Below, one piece after another: positions 8,474 to 18,227 of a stretch of 64,000 nucleotides of DNA. Within the stretch, counting starts at the first letter, position 1. Each line of letters starts with the position of its first letter. The translations under genes and the position numbers were made by a program. Source of the stretch: a virus; the IMG/VR virus record IMGVR_UViG_3300040959_000809; one strand, 5' to 3'. The notes below the pieces were generated by a model, which was given only the letters and a program-made list of their open reading frames with translations, did not search any database and was not told where the DNA came from.

Positions 8474-10027
8474 TTAAAGTTCGGGCTCTTGATCATTATT
8501 ATTGTCGGCATCAAGATCTGCATCAGGATCGGGTTCTGATTCCTTTTCTTGTGCCATTCTTTCCTGTTCTTCCTTCCAATCATCATCGTTTAATTGAAGA
8601 ACATTTTTAACGACCCATTCTCTTGAATAATATGTACCAACATGATCTTCAACTTCTCTCAATGTTGACATACGTTCTCTAAGTATTTCAGCATCTTTGA
8701 GTTCATCAAAATAATTTTCTTGAATAAAATCATAACGAATTGAATTTTGTATTTCAGAAAAGTCTTCAGGGCTCATAATACCCTTAAGAATAAGTTGTTT
8801 TTCAAGAATAATACTAAAGAGGTAGGAAAATCTACTACGGATACGACGGATAAATTTCCCAAATTTTACCTCATCACGGCTGATTTCAGAAACACGACCA
8901 AATGAATACATTGTTTCTGGTTCAAGTCTTGATAAAGGAACCTTTAATGATTTGTATAACTTACGCTGAAAGTACTGTAAATTGGTATCGTCTGTTAGCC
9001 CTGCGGCGTTACCACCAGCCATAACATCTACCTCTGTTGAGCGTTCGCCACCTCTCCGTGGGAACCAAAAGTCTTCTGTCATAGTCATCATCTTACGAGA
9101 GTCTGAAATCTCACCAGTTGATGAATTGTATTGTAACTTATTCTTATGACGAATCATCATATCTCTTAGATATTGTTCAGCTTTCGATTTAGGTAGGTTG
9201 CCAACATCAATATAGAAGATTCTTCTTTCAGGAGCTCTTGTAAGAGTATAAATGACTGTAGCATCCTCAAGCATCCTTAATTGGTTCAGAGGTTTAATAG
9301 CTGGGTGCAAATGTCCTAGAACCATTGAATTGTTTTCATTCATAATTCCAGAGGTCACACGAGCAATAGAATCTTTTGATATTCTATAACCTTGTGTATT
9401 ACCACCTGTCGCACCAGCAGAAGCATTAGTAAACCCACTATCAGAATAAAGATAATATTCATTCTTTAGTTTTTTAGTTGGAATACCCGAATGTGGATCC
9501 TTTTTACGCTTATCAATCTGTTTTACCAGCTTAATTTTACGAGGATCAATATATCGTAGTTCAATAATACCTCGTTTTAAATCATCATCATCAATAATAA
9601 TATGATAATTAAGCCGACCATCCACATAGAACTTATTGAAAATATCGTAGGCATTATTACTAAAATCAAATAACGACAGAACATTTTTAAATTCTTCTGT
9701 TACCTTTTCTTTTACCTTGTCAGGTAGATCCGTTTCTTCCAAAACAATTTCAACGACGTCATTATGAACATCAATAGAAATTGCCTCGTTTACAACCTCA
9801 TCAATCGCCTGCGCAATTTCTGGTTGGTGTGACATACCGCGGTATTTAGTGACAAGTTCGGACTCACTTTTAGCAGCACCCTCCATATCAAGAAGAGTGC
9901 CATAAAAGCCACCCAAAGCGTTGCCAACGGTAATGGCACCATCATCATTTAATGGTTCAGCGAAAGACACCGGGGCATTGTCTGCCTCGTCCTCTGGTCG
10001 CTTAATCTCAAAGCCAAATAATCGCAT
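8474..10027 (-). CDS. gp20: Portal vertex protein (T4 gp20)
   Basis: IKPLNQLRMLEDATVIYTLTRAPERRIFYIDVGNLPK, EDFWFPRRGG, EISRDEVKF. Confidence 0.98.
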   Translation of the reverse strand: MRLFGFEIKRPEDEADNAPVSFAEPLNDDGAITVGNALGGFYGTLLDMEGAAKSESELVTKYRGMSHQPEIAQAIDEVVNEAISIDVHNDVVEIVLEETDLPDKVKEKVTEEFKNVLSLFDFSNNAYDIFNKFYVDGRLNYHIIIDDDDLKRGIIELRYIDPRKIKLVKQIDKRKKDPHSGIPTKKLKNEYYLYSDSGFTNASAGATGGNTQGYRISKDSIARVTSGIMNENNSMVLGHLHPAIKPLNQLRMLEDATVIYTLTRAPERRIFYIDVGNLPKSKAEQYLRDMMIRHKNKLQYNSSTGEISDSRKMMTMTEDFWFPRRGGERSTEVDVMAGGNAAGLTDDTNLQYFQRKLYKSLKVPLSRLEPETMYSFGRVSEISRDEVKFGKFIRRIRSRFSYLFSIILEKQLILKGIMSPEDFSEIQNSIRYDFIQENYFDELKDAEILRERMSTLREVEDHVGTYYSREWVVKNVLQLNDDDWKEEQERMAQEKESEPDPDADLDADNNNDQEPEL

Positions 10028-10059
10028 ATCGTTCCTTTAATAATATAATAAATTTAAGT

Positions 10060-10593
10060 TTATGTGGTAGGAATACCGGTAACACCCTCTACTCTCCATA
10101 GATCGTATTGGAAGGTTACTGTAAACTCTTCGATTGTATCCGTTGCACTCCAATCCATTGGAATACCTTCAACAGATACAGGGAACATTCCTTCAAATAT
10201 GTATGAACGTAATGCGCCGCCATCCTTACCGAATTGTGTAATGATGCCGTTCGATTTATAATCTTGTGGAAGTGCTCTGGTATTTGAATCATGCGAGTTA
10301 ATCGCATTGGTCCAAGCTTCCATTGCATTTCTGATTGCAAAATCTTCATCGTTAATAACGGTTACCGTCCAATCTTCAAATACCCTATCGCCTGCATATT
10401 TAACATTCCTACCGAAATATGGGACAGTGTAGGCACCCAAGCTAGAGCTTGGGATACCAGCAGCACGTACCATAAAGGGAACCTTAAAGTCAGCCTCAGG
10501 AGCAACAGGATTCAAAATTTGACATTGAAAGAGCGTTGGACGAGCACCACCACCTACTAGTTGTGATTTAAACTCGTTTATGTTAAAACTCAT
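10060..10593 (-). CDS. gp19: Tail tube protein (T4 gp19)
   Basis: GGARPTLF, YAGDRVFEDWTVTVINDEDF, IEEFTVTFQYDLW; CATAAATA late-promoter variant at 10616-10623. Confidence 0.97.
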   Translation of the reverse strand: MSFNINEFKSQLVGGGARPTLFQCQILNPVAPEADFKVPFMVRAAGIPSSSLGAYTVPYFGRNVKYAGDRVFEDWTVTVINDEDFAIRNAMEAWTNAINSHDSNTRALPQDYKSNGIITQFGKDGGALRSYIFEGMFPVSVEGIPMDWSATDTIEEFTVTFQYDLWRVEGVTGIPTT

Positions 10594-10618
10594 ATCTTAT
10601 CTCCTTGGTTTCTTTTAT

Positions 10619-12622
10619 TTATGTCAACTGACCGACGATCTCATCAAATTCCACACCACTTCTAGTAGCGACGAATGTCAATTCAATGACATTGATGGAC
10701 CTAGCAGGTTTGATAAAGATATTAGCCCGGAACTTATTTTGATCAATTACTGTAGGTGTATTTATTGATTCATCAGAAACAATTCTGAAGTCAATGATAC
10801 CTCTACGACCCTGAATATCACGAAGGAATGGATCCACCGCATTTTTAAACTGGGTTTGTGTAAATTCATCATTCAGTTCAAACAAGAACGACTGTGCTGC
10901 AGTAGCAATAGCTTTTTCAACTGCAATAAACAGTCTGCGAACATTGAGTCGATCGAATGCACTGTTTGCACCAAGACCTGTTTTATCACCAAATAGAACA
11001 ATACCTTGTCCGACTTGTGATATCACTGGGTTGACATCCTTTGCATAAAGCTGATCACGTTGAGCCTTATCTGGGTTAAATGCAAGTTTAACAACATTTT
11101 TGATAACACCCTTACGGAAACCAGCAGGTGATTCCCATGATTCAACACGTGACGAAAGTCCTGCAGTATCACCATTCAGTGGTACCCAGCGATATACATC
11201 GTTGTATTTGTCGTAGCGATACTTATAGCCACTATCCATAAACATATATGAAGAGCTTTGCAACTTGTTACGGTATGCAATAACAGCCGTCATTTTAGAG
11301 TTTGTGGTTGTACTATCAACTGATGCCTCCTTGGATGGTGAAATATACGCAACACAATCCTTACGATAATCAGCAATATTTGAGATAATGTAGTTTGCAA
11401 AGTTACCAGCATTATCGCCTTTACCTTGTAGGACAAAGGAAACATCTAGTTCATTTGCATTTTTAAATGTATCCCATGCCGCACCCATTGCACTTAATGT
11501 GACTGTACTTTCAGTTTTACCAGCAACAGCACCTGAGAATGATTCATATTCAGATGTTTTTGCTTCGAAGTGGACAGTATTTGATACCTTAATCCAGGAG
11601 GATTGATTTTCGATTACTGTGTGATAATAGTTATCTGTTCCGTCGCCTAATTGAGCACCGGCAGTTGTTGAAAGGTTATTATAAACCTCCAAAACGGTGC
11701 CAGCAGCGCCAGAAATTCCACCATCAGAATCAACAACTGCTATATGATAGGCTGAAGCATCTGCGGCTTTACCAAATAGATTACTATACTTCCATTTTCT
11801 GGTGATATTAATTTTTCCAGGTAATGATTCTGCAATGGTATATCTGCCAGTAAAATCAAAATCATATTCGAATGCAGTCGCAGCAGCGGTATTTGATTGA
11901 TCAACCAATGCCACACCATTTCCATCTAGTAGTGTCTCGGAATAACCAGAAACTTCCAATTCTTGGTAACCAGCAGAATCAGAACCAATTACGACTACAT
12001 CATTAACAGCTACAGAACCTGGAGCAATACGATTTGCCGCAAGTACCTGAATTTGAATTGATGTACTGTTAAACTTCAATTCTGGTTGAGTATTAGCACT
12101 GTCTGCCAGATCCACCGCCAGGGCTTCACCAGTTGTAATAAGTGTAGCCTCAAAATCTGAGCCTTTGGCGTATGCAACTTCAATCGAGTTACCCATTTCG
12201 CCTTTATATTTTGCTTCGAATGCACCAAATGTGGTATTGGCGGCATCTAATGTACCAATTGAACCTGGGGTGGTACCTTCTACGTATCCGGGTGCTGCTG
12301 TATTTGCATAAGCAGTTTCAGCAGTAAAAAATACATCATCCCTACTATCTGCAACCGTGGCACCATTATCGGCACGGGTTACAAAAATTGGATTGGCGTA
12401 TGCTAGAAAATCAGCTGCAGTAAAGAACGTTTCGAAATTACTATCATCGGGTGTTCCAAATCTACTAACAAGATTATCCTCTGACGTAATAAGAATAGGT
12501 TCGTTAACTGGACCCCATCTGAAAACCCCAGCTATTGCGCCGGGTGGTGTTGCGATGGCCGGTACTGTTGCCGATGCGTCCACCTCTCGAACAATAACGG
12601 AAGGACTTACGGTAAAAGCCAT
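10619..12622 (-). CDS. gp18: Tail sheath protein (T4 gp18)
   Basis: SPSVIVREVD, AFDRLNVRRLF, IFIKPARSINVIELTFVATRSGV. Confidence 0.98.
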   Translation of the reverse strand: MAFTVSPSVIVREVDASATVPAIATPPGAIAGVFRWGPVNEPILITSEDNLVSRFGTPDDSNFETFFTAADFLAYANPIFVTRADNGATVADSRDDVFFTAETAYANTAAPGYVEGTTPGSIGTLDAANTTFGAFEAKYKGEMGNSIEVAYAKGSDFEATLITTGEALAVDLADSANTQPELKFNSTSIQIQVLAANRIAPGSVAVNDVVVIGSDSAGYQELEVSGYSETLLDGNGVALVDQSNTAAATAFEYDFDFTGRYTIAESLPGKINITRKWKYSNLFGKAADASAYHIAVVDSDGGISGAAGTVLEVYNNLSTTAGAQLGDGTDNYYHTVIENQSSWIKVSNTVHFEAKTSEYESFSGAVAGKTESTVTLSAMGAAWDTFKNANELDVSFVLQGKGDNAGNFANYIISNIADYRKDCVAYISPSKEASVDSTTTNSKMTAVIAYRNKLQSSSYMFMDSGYKYRYDKYNDVYRWVPLNGDTAGLSSRVESWESPAGFRKGVIKNVVKLAFNPDKAQRDQLYAKDVNPVISQVGQGIVLFGDKTGLGANSAFDRLNVRRLFIAVEKAIATAAQSFLFELNDEFTQTQFKNAVDPFLRDIQGRRGIIDFRIVSDESINTPTVIDQNKFRANIFIKPARSINVIELTFVATRSGVEFDEIVGQLT

Positions 12623-12682
12623 ATCTTTCTCCTTTATAAAATTATTTTAGAAACGGTTTTTTAAATTTCATGTCACTATGTT

Positions 12683-12690
12683 TATTTATA
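12683..12690 (-). promoter_or_regulatory. Late promoter upstream of gp18
   Basis: Exact TATAAATA. Confidence 0.85.
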
Positions 12691-12701
12691 AAAATATTGT
12701 T

Positions 12702-14312
12702 TTAATAAGTCCAGTCCCTTTCAACCGCTACGAATCCTTCGCTATCACCGTTTTCGTCGCCGATATCTATAAATCCGAAAGGTAGAAGATCTTCTTCTAT
12801 TTGCTCTTCAGTTTTTTCTCTTAGTGCCATCATCGTATTTATATCAGTCATATCTTTAAAATATCCCTGATCAGTAAGCCAAGCAAAAATGACTAAATTC
12901 ATAACCAAATCATCATGTGAACCCGATTCTGCTTCGTATGAGTTACCCTTTTTGGAAAAACGTGATAATTCCTGGATAGTATTAAAATCACAAACCAATA
13001 ACTGATTTTGCTCAATTAACATTTTTAATATAGAACAACCTATTGATTTTACATTCTTGGTAGTTCTGATCCCACTATCAACTGCTTTTCCGAAGCCACT
13101 AGATATTCTTTTACCACTACGCCCTGCGTTTTCGGTATAGAGAACATTTTCGTAACCATAATCCATTAATAAAACATCAGCAACCTGTTCACCAATATCG
13201 TTGATTTCCACCAATACAGCTGCTTCGTTATAAAAATTGCCTATTCTATATATAACACTTGCAAAATCAACCGGTGTTATAAGGTTATCCCTAAATGTAC
13301 AAACCTGTTTATAGGGCATTTTTGTAATATCAATTACACTAAATGTTGAATAGTCAAGTCCTTTGCCTCGAGATACATCACATGTCATTGCATATACGTG
13401 ATCTTCAATTGGTTTTTCATACTGATAGATGTTATCTCTTTCTAATACTGGTCGTTCATACACTAGTTCCTTTAATTTGGAACCATCAATAAGTGTTCCT
13501 GAACTACCTAAAAATGCACATTGGTATTCTTGTGCAAACTTTTGTTCGTCATAATCAAGTGCTGCCAGTGTTTCATTTTTCCAATTATCATCCCTGCCGG
13601 GAACATCGTTCCACATAACCTTTACAAATTCATAACCATTGGTTTGCTCTTCAGCACCCTTACACGTCTTATAAAAATGATTTAAGCCATTGGGGGTGGA
13701 TGTCATTAGAAGTTTGGTGGTTTCACCAGATGAAATAGTAGGATAAACAGATGCAAAAAACTCATCGTAGCCTTCAATAAAAGCAACCTCGTCCAGATAT
13801 AGAAATGAAATTGATTTACCACGAATGGCACTTGAAGAAGTAGTACCAGCATAGATTTTACAACCATTTTCAAGAGTGATGTTACCCTTGTTCCACTCTT
13901 CTACTCCTTGCTGAATCCATTTTGGAAGTGCTTCATATGCCAATTGAACTCTACTGAGTACTTCCCTTGCAGAATCGCCTTTATTTGCAAGGATAGCGAC
14001 CGTCTTAAATTCGTTAAAGAGTATGTAATGTAGAATTACGGCCACGGCAGTGGTTGTCTTACCAGACTGCCTAGCTGTAAGTACTGCGACTCGACGGTTG
14101 TTTGTGATCTTTGTGGTGATTTCCTTTTGGTAATCATACATATCCATTGGAATCAATCCACGGTCAACATGTACAATTTTAATATAATTTTCTGCAAAGT
14201 AAACTGGATTCTGGGCACACTTCATATACTCCTTAATAAGATCCGGTGTGAATTCAATTTCTTCACCAATCTTTTTAAGGTTAGCATTGCCTAGATATCC
14301 AACGGAAAGCAT
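12702..14312 (-). CDS. gp17: Terminase large subunit (T4 gp17)
   Basis: Walker A RQSGKTT, Walker B LYLDEVAF, TSTPNG, DVSRG, HDDLVM; no intein-sized insert. Confidence 0.98.
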   Translation of the reverse strand: MLSVGYLGNANLKKIGEEIEFTPDLIKEYMKCAQNPVYFAENYIKIVHVDRGLIPMDMYDYQKEITTKITNNRRVAVLTARQSGKTTTAVAVILHYILFNEFKTVAILANKGDSAREVLSRVQLAYEALPKWIQQGVEEWNKGNITLENGCKIYAGTTSSSAIRGKSISFLYLDEVAFIEGYDEFFASVYPTISSGETTKLLMTSTPNGLNHFYKTCKGAEEQTNGYEFVKVMWNDVPGRDDNWKNETLAALDYDEQKFAQEYQCAFLGSSGTLIDGSKLKELVYERPVLERDNIYQYEKPIEDHVYAMTCDVSRGKGLDYSTFSVIDITKMPYKQVCTFRDNLITPVDFASVIYRIGNFYNEAAVLVEINDIGEQVADVLLMDYGYENVLYTENAGRSGKRISSGFGKAVDSGIRTTKNVKSIGCSILKMLIEQNQLLVCDFNTIQELSRFSKKGNSYEAESGSHDDLVMNLVIFAWLTDQGYFKDMTDINTMMALREKTEEQIEEDLLPFGFIDIGDENGDSEGFVAVERDWTY

Positions 14313-14788
14313 TATTCCTCGCCCTCACCTTTGATCATTTTTAAAAGATCTGCTGTCGACACAATCAAGTTGTTGTTGGTGACATTTGATTCTGCCTTAG
14401 GACCCGTGTCATCAACAGCGTATTTCTTTTTGGTTGATAGATCGACAAAATCTTTGTTTGCATCCAGCAGAGTTTTCATCAGAGTTGACACCACTTCAAA
14501 CGCCCGTGGTGACTCGGATTGCTTTGCAATTTCAACCATTTCCTTTACTGCATCATCACCCATCTCAATAATATTTTGGACATTCTGTCTTGCCAGTTCA
14601 ATATCGTTGATGTTTTGATCATTTGTTTCTTGAACAGCAGGTAAAGTCTCTTCAAATTTTTCTATATTTGCAGGGGTTGGTTCGTCTATTACCTGAGTAA
14701 CTTCCTTAATTTCTTCGGAAGAATCCTGAAGTTCCGCAAGAGGAACGATACCAAGGGCTTCTGCAATCTTATCTTCACTCATCCTCAT
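14312..14788 (-). CDS. gp16: Terminase small subunit (T4 gp16)
   Basis: ESPRAFEVVSTLMKT, NVTNNNLIVSTADLLKMIK. Confidence 0.95.
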   Translation of the reverse strand: MRMSEDKIAEALGIVPLAELQDSSEEIKEVTQVIDEPTPANIEKFEETLPAVQETNDQNINDIELARQNVQNIIEMGDDAVKEMVEIAKQSESPRAFEVVSTLMKTLLDANKDFVDLSTKKKYAVDDTGPKAESNVTNNNLIVSTADLLKMIKGEGEE

Positions 14789-14918
14789 TGCCCTTTATCA
14801 ATTTTTTAGCAGTAATACAAGATCCAAAAGGTCGAGCATAGACTGTCTTGCCCTTATCAGGACTTTCATAAATCATTGGTTCGTTATTTTCTTTTTTATC
14901 TTTTTCAACTTTATTCAT
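14775..14918 (-). CDS. Small hypothetical protein (IYESPDKGKTVYARPFG)
   Basis: Start moved to ATG 14918 after GAGG. Confidence 0.6.
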   Translation of the reverse strand: MNKVEKDKKENNEPMIYESPDKGKTVYARPFGSCITAKKLIKGNEDE

Positions 14919-14922
14919 GTTT

Positions 14923-15354
14923 TTAATCCTCAGAAGGTGGCTTAGTGCCCCATTTACGCTCATATGTATCATCTGTCGCATATGAATCTGCCCATTTATT
15001 TTCTGTAAATCTGGCAAACTCAATTAGCATTTCAATATCATTATCAATCTCATAAAGCCAATCATATATTTTTTCAAAGTCTTCCTGAACTAACGAATTA
15101 TTGTGCTTAATTCTGGTATCATTATTTTCAATGTGCTTATTTAATGATTTTGTAAGAAAATTTAAATCCTGTCTGAGATCTTTTACATCACGTTCCTTAT
15201 TAATTTGGCGCTCGACCGCCATTTGTGATGTGAGACCGTCAACCTCAGCCTTTAAAGTTTCTATAGTTTGAGCCTGTTGTGCGGTCCACCAAACAAATGC
15301 ACTCACTTGCATTACGATTGCTACTACGACACCTATTCCAAATTTTGTATTCAT
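14923..15354 (-). CDS. Membrane-anchored coiled-coil protein, 143 aa
   Basis: N-terminal transmembrane helix followed by heptads. Confidence 0.75.
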   Translation of the reverse strand: MNTKFGIGVVVAIVMQVSAFVWWTAQQAQTIETLKAEVDGLTSQMAVERQINKERDVKDLRQDLNFLTKSLNKHIENNDTRIKHNNSLVQEDFEKIYDWLYEIDNDIEMLIEFARFTENKWADSYATDDTYERKWGTKPPSED

Positions 15355-15785
15355 TTTTTATCCTTTTCCCTGTCAGCAACTCTTTTACGCAGATCCGAGG
15401 AGGAGAAACGATGGTCACGTTTATTAAAATATAGCTGAATACCACGTGATTTACAAATATCCTTGCCTGTAAAATCCTGTTCTCTATATTCCTCTCCCAT
15501 AATCTTAACATCAATCTGATACATACTCAAGATATCCTCAAGATCATTTTCAGAACCATAAGGAATAATTTCATCGACATAGCTGACCGCTTTAAGTTGA
15601 GTGTAACGTTCTACGACTGTCTGTACTGGGGGATTCTTGTTAGGTCGGTCCATGCTTGGATCAAACTGTAAGCCACATATCAAATAATCACACTGTTCTT
15701 TTGCTTCTCTCAGCATCTGTACATGTCCTGCATGCAATAAATCAAAAGTACTTGCCGTAAACCCAATTTTCATTTTCATCCTCAT
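15351..15785 (-). CDS. tagD: Glycerol-3-phosphate cytidylyltransferase-like protein (TagD family)
   Basis: STFDLLHAGH (HxGH motif), ERYTQLKAVSYVDEIIPY, RDHRFSSSDLRKRV. Confidence 0.85.
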   Translation of the reverse strand: MRMKMKIGFTASTFDLLHAGHVQMLREAKEQCDYLICGLQFDPSMDRPNKNPPVQTVVERYTQLKAVSYVDEIIPYGSENDLEDILSMYQIDVKIMGEEYREQDFTGKDICKSRGIQLYFNKRDHRFSSSDLRKRVADREKDKK

Positions 15786-15820
15786 TTAATTACAAATTAC
15801 AAATATATTTAGACACTTAC

Positions 15821-15849
15821 ATTATATAACATTTTTTCTTAAAAGTCAA
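15821..15849 (-). promoter_or_regulatory. Sigma70-type promoter driving tagD
   Basis: - strand TTGACT-N17-TATAAT, about 35 nt before the ATG. Confidence 0.8.
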
Positions 15850-15872
15850 CAAAAACTTTTTTCATTTTTGTA

Positions 15873-15900
15873 TTGACATTATCTTAGTATGGTGTATAAT
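15873..15900 (+). promoter_or_regulatory. Sigma70-type promoter facing antisense into gp15
   Basis: + strand TTGACA-N16-TATAAT. Confidence 0.6.
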
Positions 15901-15924
15901 TAGACTATGGTCTATAAAATACAA

Positions 15925-16746
15925 TTAAATATTATTTGGATCATCTACAAATGATACCGTAGCCCAATTATCATCAAAGTCAATATCATTAAAATCAATC
16001 GTAAGGTCGGGATCAGTAGTAGGTTCATTATTAGCGGTCATGCCTGGTTGTAAAACAACAGCAGAATCAAATGTATTATTTGCATCAGAAGCAGGTACCG
16101 TAGAGGCAACATTTGTCTGAATAAACTTAATGACCTTTCTCTCTTTATTTGGTCCAAAATACCATGCCTTCATTGTGAAGTTAAGTGTCCACATGATGGC
16201 TCTTCTTTCCAAAAAATCACCTTCATATATTTCTTCATTTTGGATATCATTTAATACTAATGGAATATCCAATGGATCTAAATCTGGAATCAATTTAACA
16301 GTAGAGGTAAATTCTGGATTAAAAAATGGTATGATTTGCTCGACTATCTTTACTGCATCCTCTGCATATGATGCCATAATATTAAGAGAAAATTGAATAT
16401 TATATGGTGCTGGAACCCAAAAGTAATTTCTACTGCCCGTGGTTTCATTGGCTACTGTCTGCAAGACTCTTCTGGTTGGGGCAAGTTTTCTTTCGCCATC
16501 GTAGAACATTGCATTAATTTCAAAGGACATCCTCGGTAGAGTAATTGCCTGTGCTTTAAAATCTGGATCCTGGTTGAGTCTTGCAAGAATCTTTTGATGT
16601 GGTGCGTAAGAGATAGGCACAATCATTTCTTGTACGACAACACCTGCATTATCTTTTCTTTTAATTTTCAGCTGATTAAAATATGTTCCAAAAAGAGCAA
16701 CATATTTCCTTGTGAGCTGGTTATAAAAATGATTTGCTATTGCCAT
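15925..16746 (-). CDS. gp15: Tail sheath stabiliser / tail terminator (T4 gp15)
   Basis: RKYVALFGTYFN, VPISYAP, TLPRMSFE, IVEQIIPFFNPEF, WTLNFTMKAW. Confidence 0.97.
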   Translation of the reverse strand: MAIANHFYNQLTRKYVALFGTYFNQLKIKRKDNAGVVVQEMIVPISYAPHQKILARLNQDPDFKAQAITLPRMSFEINAMFYDGERKLAPTRRVLQTVANETTGSRNYFWVPAPYNIQFSLNIMASYAEDAVKIVEQIIPFFNPEFTSTVKLIPDLDPLDIPLVLNDIQNEEIYEGDFLERRAIMWTLNFTMKAWYFGPNKERKVIKFIQTNVASTVPASDANNTFDSAVVLQPGMTANNEPTTDPDLTIDFNDIDFDDNWATVSFVDDPNNI

Positions 16747-16747
16747 A

Positions 16748-17443
16748 TCATGAATCCTGTATGTCTAATGGTTCAACTTCGATTGTTTCACTAAACGGAT
16801 CCATTTCTGTAAAGTCAATAATCTTGTCAGCCTCTATTTCAAACTGCCAGTTATCAGCAAGAGGATCTGTCGCCTCTACCGCAGCCAATGTATTAACAGT
16901 ATTTGCAGTAAGATCTCTGTCAGCAAAATAAGTATCAATGTTTTCACGGCCAGTCTGGAATCTTTCTCCCGACCATTCTGCTAATTCACATTTAAGATCA
17001 TATATCTGTAAAGCACCCATCTGATAAAATATACTCTCATGCTCGACATGCATAATTTTAAAGAGTTTACCATTTAATGGGAAATAGAAATAATCACCTT
17101 CAAAAGGTCTAGTTCTAGCTGGTCTGTCTTTTGTGACAAATCTTTCATATGTTCTAAATGCTACACTAAAGGTAACCTGATCTCTGATTTGTAGTCCAAA
17201 CTTGGAGAGAAAATCACCTTCGCCTTCAAAACCATCCACATTTTTGACATAACCTTCGAACTCAAATGTTTCATCATAGATAGGCAAATCATCCTCATTC
17301 AGAATTTCATCGACAGCTCCACTAGAACGAGTGATGTAAATAAGATCCACACCATAAATTTGAATTGACTCAATAACTAAATCGTCAATTAAATTCTGTT
17401 CATTAAAGTTGTCATAATTCTGAAAATAAACATTTGTGGCCAT
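16748..17443 (-). CDS. gp14: Neck protein (T4 gp14)
   Basis: LVIESIQIYGVD, GEGDFLSKFGLQIRD, RPFEGDYFYFPL. Confidence 0.97.
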   Translation of the reverse strand: MATNVYFQNYDNFNEQNLIDDLVIESIQIYGVDLIYITRSSGAVDEILNEDDLPIYDETFEFEGYVKNVDGFEGEGDFLSKFGLQIRDQVTFSVAFRTYERFVTKDRPARTRPFEGDYFYFPLNGKLFKIMHVEHESIFYQMGALQIYDLKCELAEWSGERFQTGRENIDTYFADRDLTANTVNTLAAVEATDPLADNWQFEIEADKIIDFTEMDPFSETIEVEPLDIQDS

Positions 17444-17446
17444 GAT

Positions 17447-18190
17447 TTATCCAATAAAATTATATGTAAGAGGTTGGAGATTACCAATGGCATCCTCTTC
17501 CATCCTTTGACGTTCGTCTCTAGCTTCTTGTAATATTTGCTCACCGTTAAATGAAACACCACCTACAAGTTGCATATTACTAAATTTTGTAAGGTTTAAA
17601 CCCCATTGCTCTCTGACCAAAACCGCAGCATAGTTTTGTAACCAACGATCTGACCAAACATCCGAATATGTGCTAGGATCAATTACATCGTATGCCTCTA
17701 CGACAATATATTCGCCAACGATTAGATTTGATTTATCAGTATCAATGTGCAATCTATTTACATGCCGATTATATCTAATTAGCGGTCGCCCGACCAAAAT
17801 CTCTTGCATGAATTCAAGATTCTGCATTGTCATATAATAATGCTGAAGATTATAACTTGTAATATCTTGAATGTTAGTTAATACGAACTGATAGTTTACA
17901 TTAAAAATGCCAGAACCCGTAGAGATTGAGGACGATAAATCAAAAACTCTTGAAATACCTAGAATGTTTTTAGGCATTTCAATATAGCCATTCTCAACAT
18001 CAGCCTCAGTAAGTTCATGTTTTAAATAAACTAATTGGCTTCCATTATAATGATAGTCACGCCAAAAGGATACAGCCTCATCAATACGATCCTCTACTTG
18101 ATCCTCAGATACATTGATCTGAATTACAGGAGCACCGATCTTTCTAAGAATATATTCTGCAAATTCTTGTCTTGTATCAGGTTGTGACAT
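17447..18190 (-). CDS. gp13: Neck protein (T4 gp13)
   Basis: LRKIGAPVIQINVSEDQVEDRIDEA, QWGLNLTKF, GGVSFNG. Confidence 0.97.
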   Translation of the reverse strand: MSQPDTRQEFAEYILRKIGAPVIQINVSEDQVEDRIDEAVSFWRDYHYNGSQLVYLKHELTEADVENGYIEMPKNILGISRVFDLSSSISTGSGIFNVNYQFVLTNIQDITSYNLQHYYMTMQNLEFMQEILVGRPLIRYNRHVNRLHIDTDKSNLIVGEYIVVEAYDVIDPSTYSDVWSDRWLQNYAAVLVREQWGLNLTKFSNMQLVGGVSFNGEQILQEARDERQRMEEDAIGNLQPLTYNFIG

Positions 18191-18219
18191 TTATTGTTAC
18201 CTTACTATAGTTTTATTTT

Positions 18220-18227
18220 TATTTATA
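18220..18227 (-). promoter_or_regulatory. Late promoter upstream of gp13
   Basis: Exact TATAAATA. Confidence 0.85.

Noticed and set aside
8474-14312. Inteins, introns or homing endonucleases in portal, sheath or terminase
   Set aside because: Lengths are typical, motifs are contiguous, and there are no LAGLIDADG, HNH or GIY-YIG signatures.
14923-15354. Spanin or holin call for the TM plus coiled-coil protein
   Set aside because: There is no adjacent lipoprotein or endolysin gene, so evidence is insufficient.
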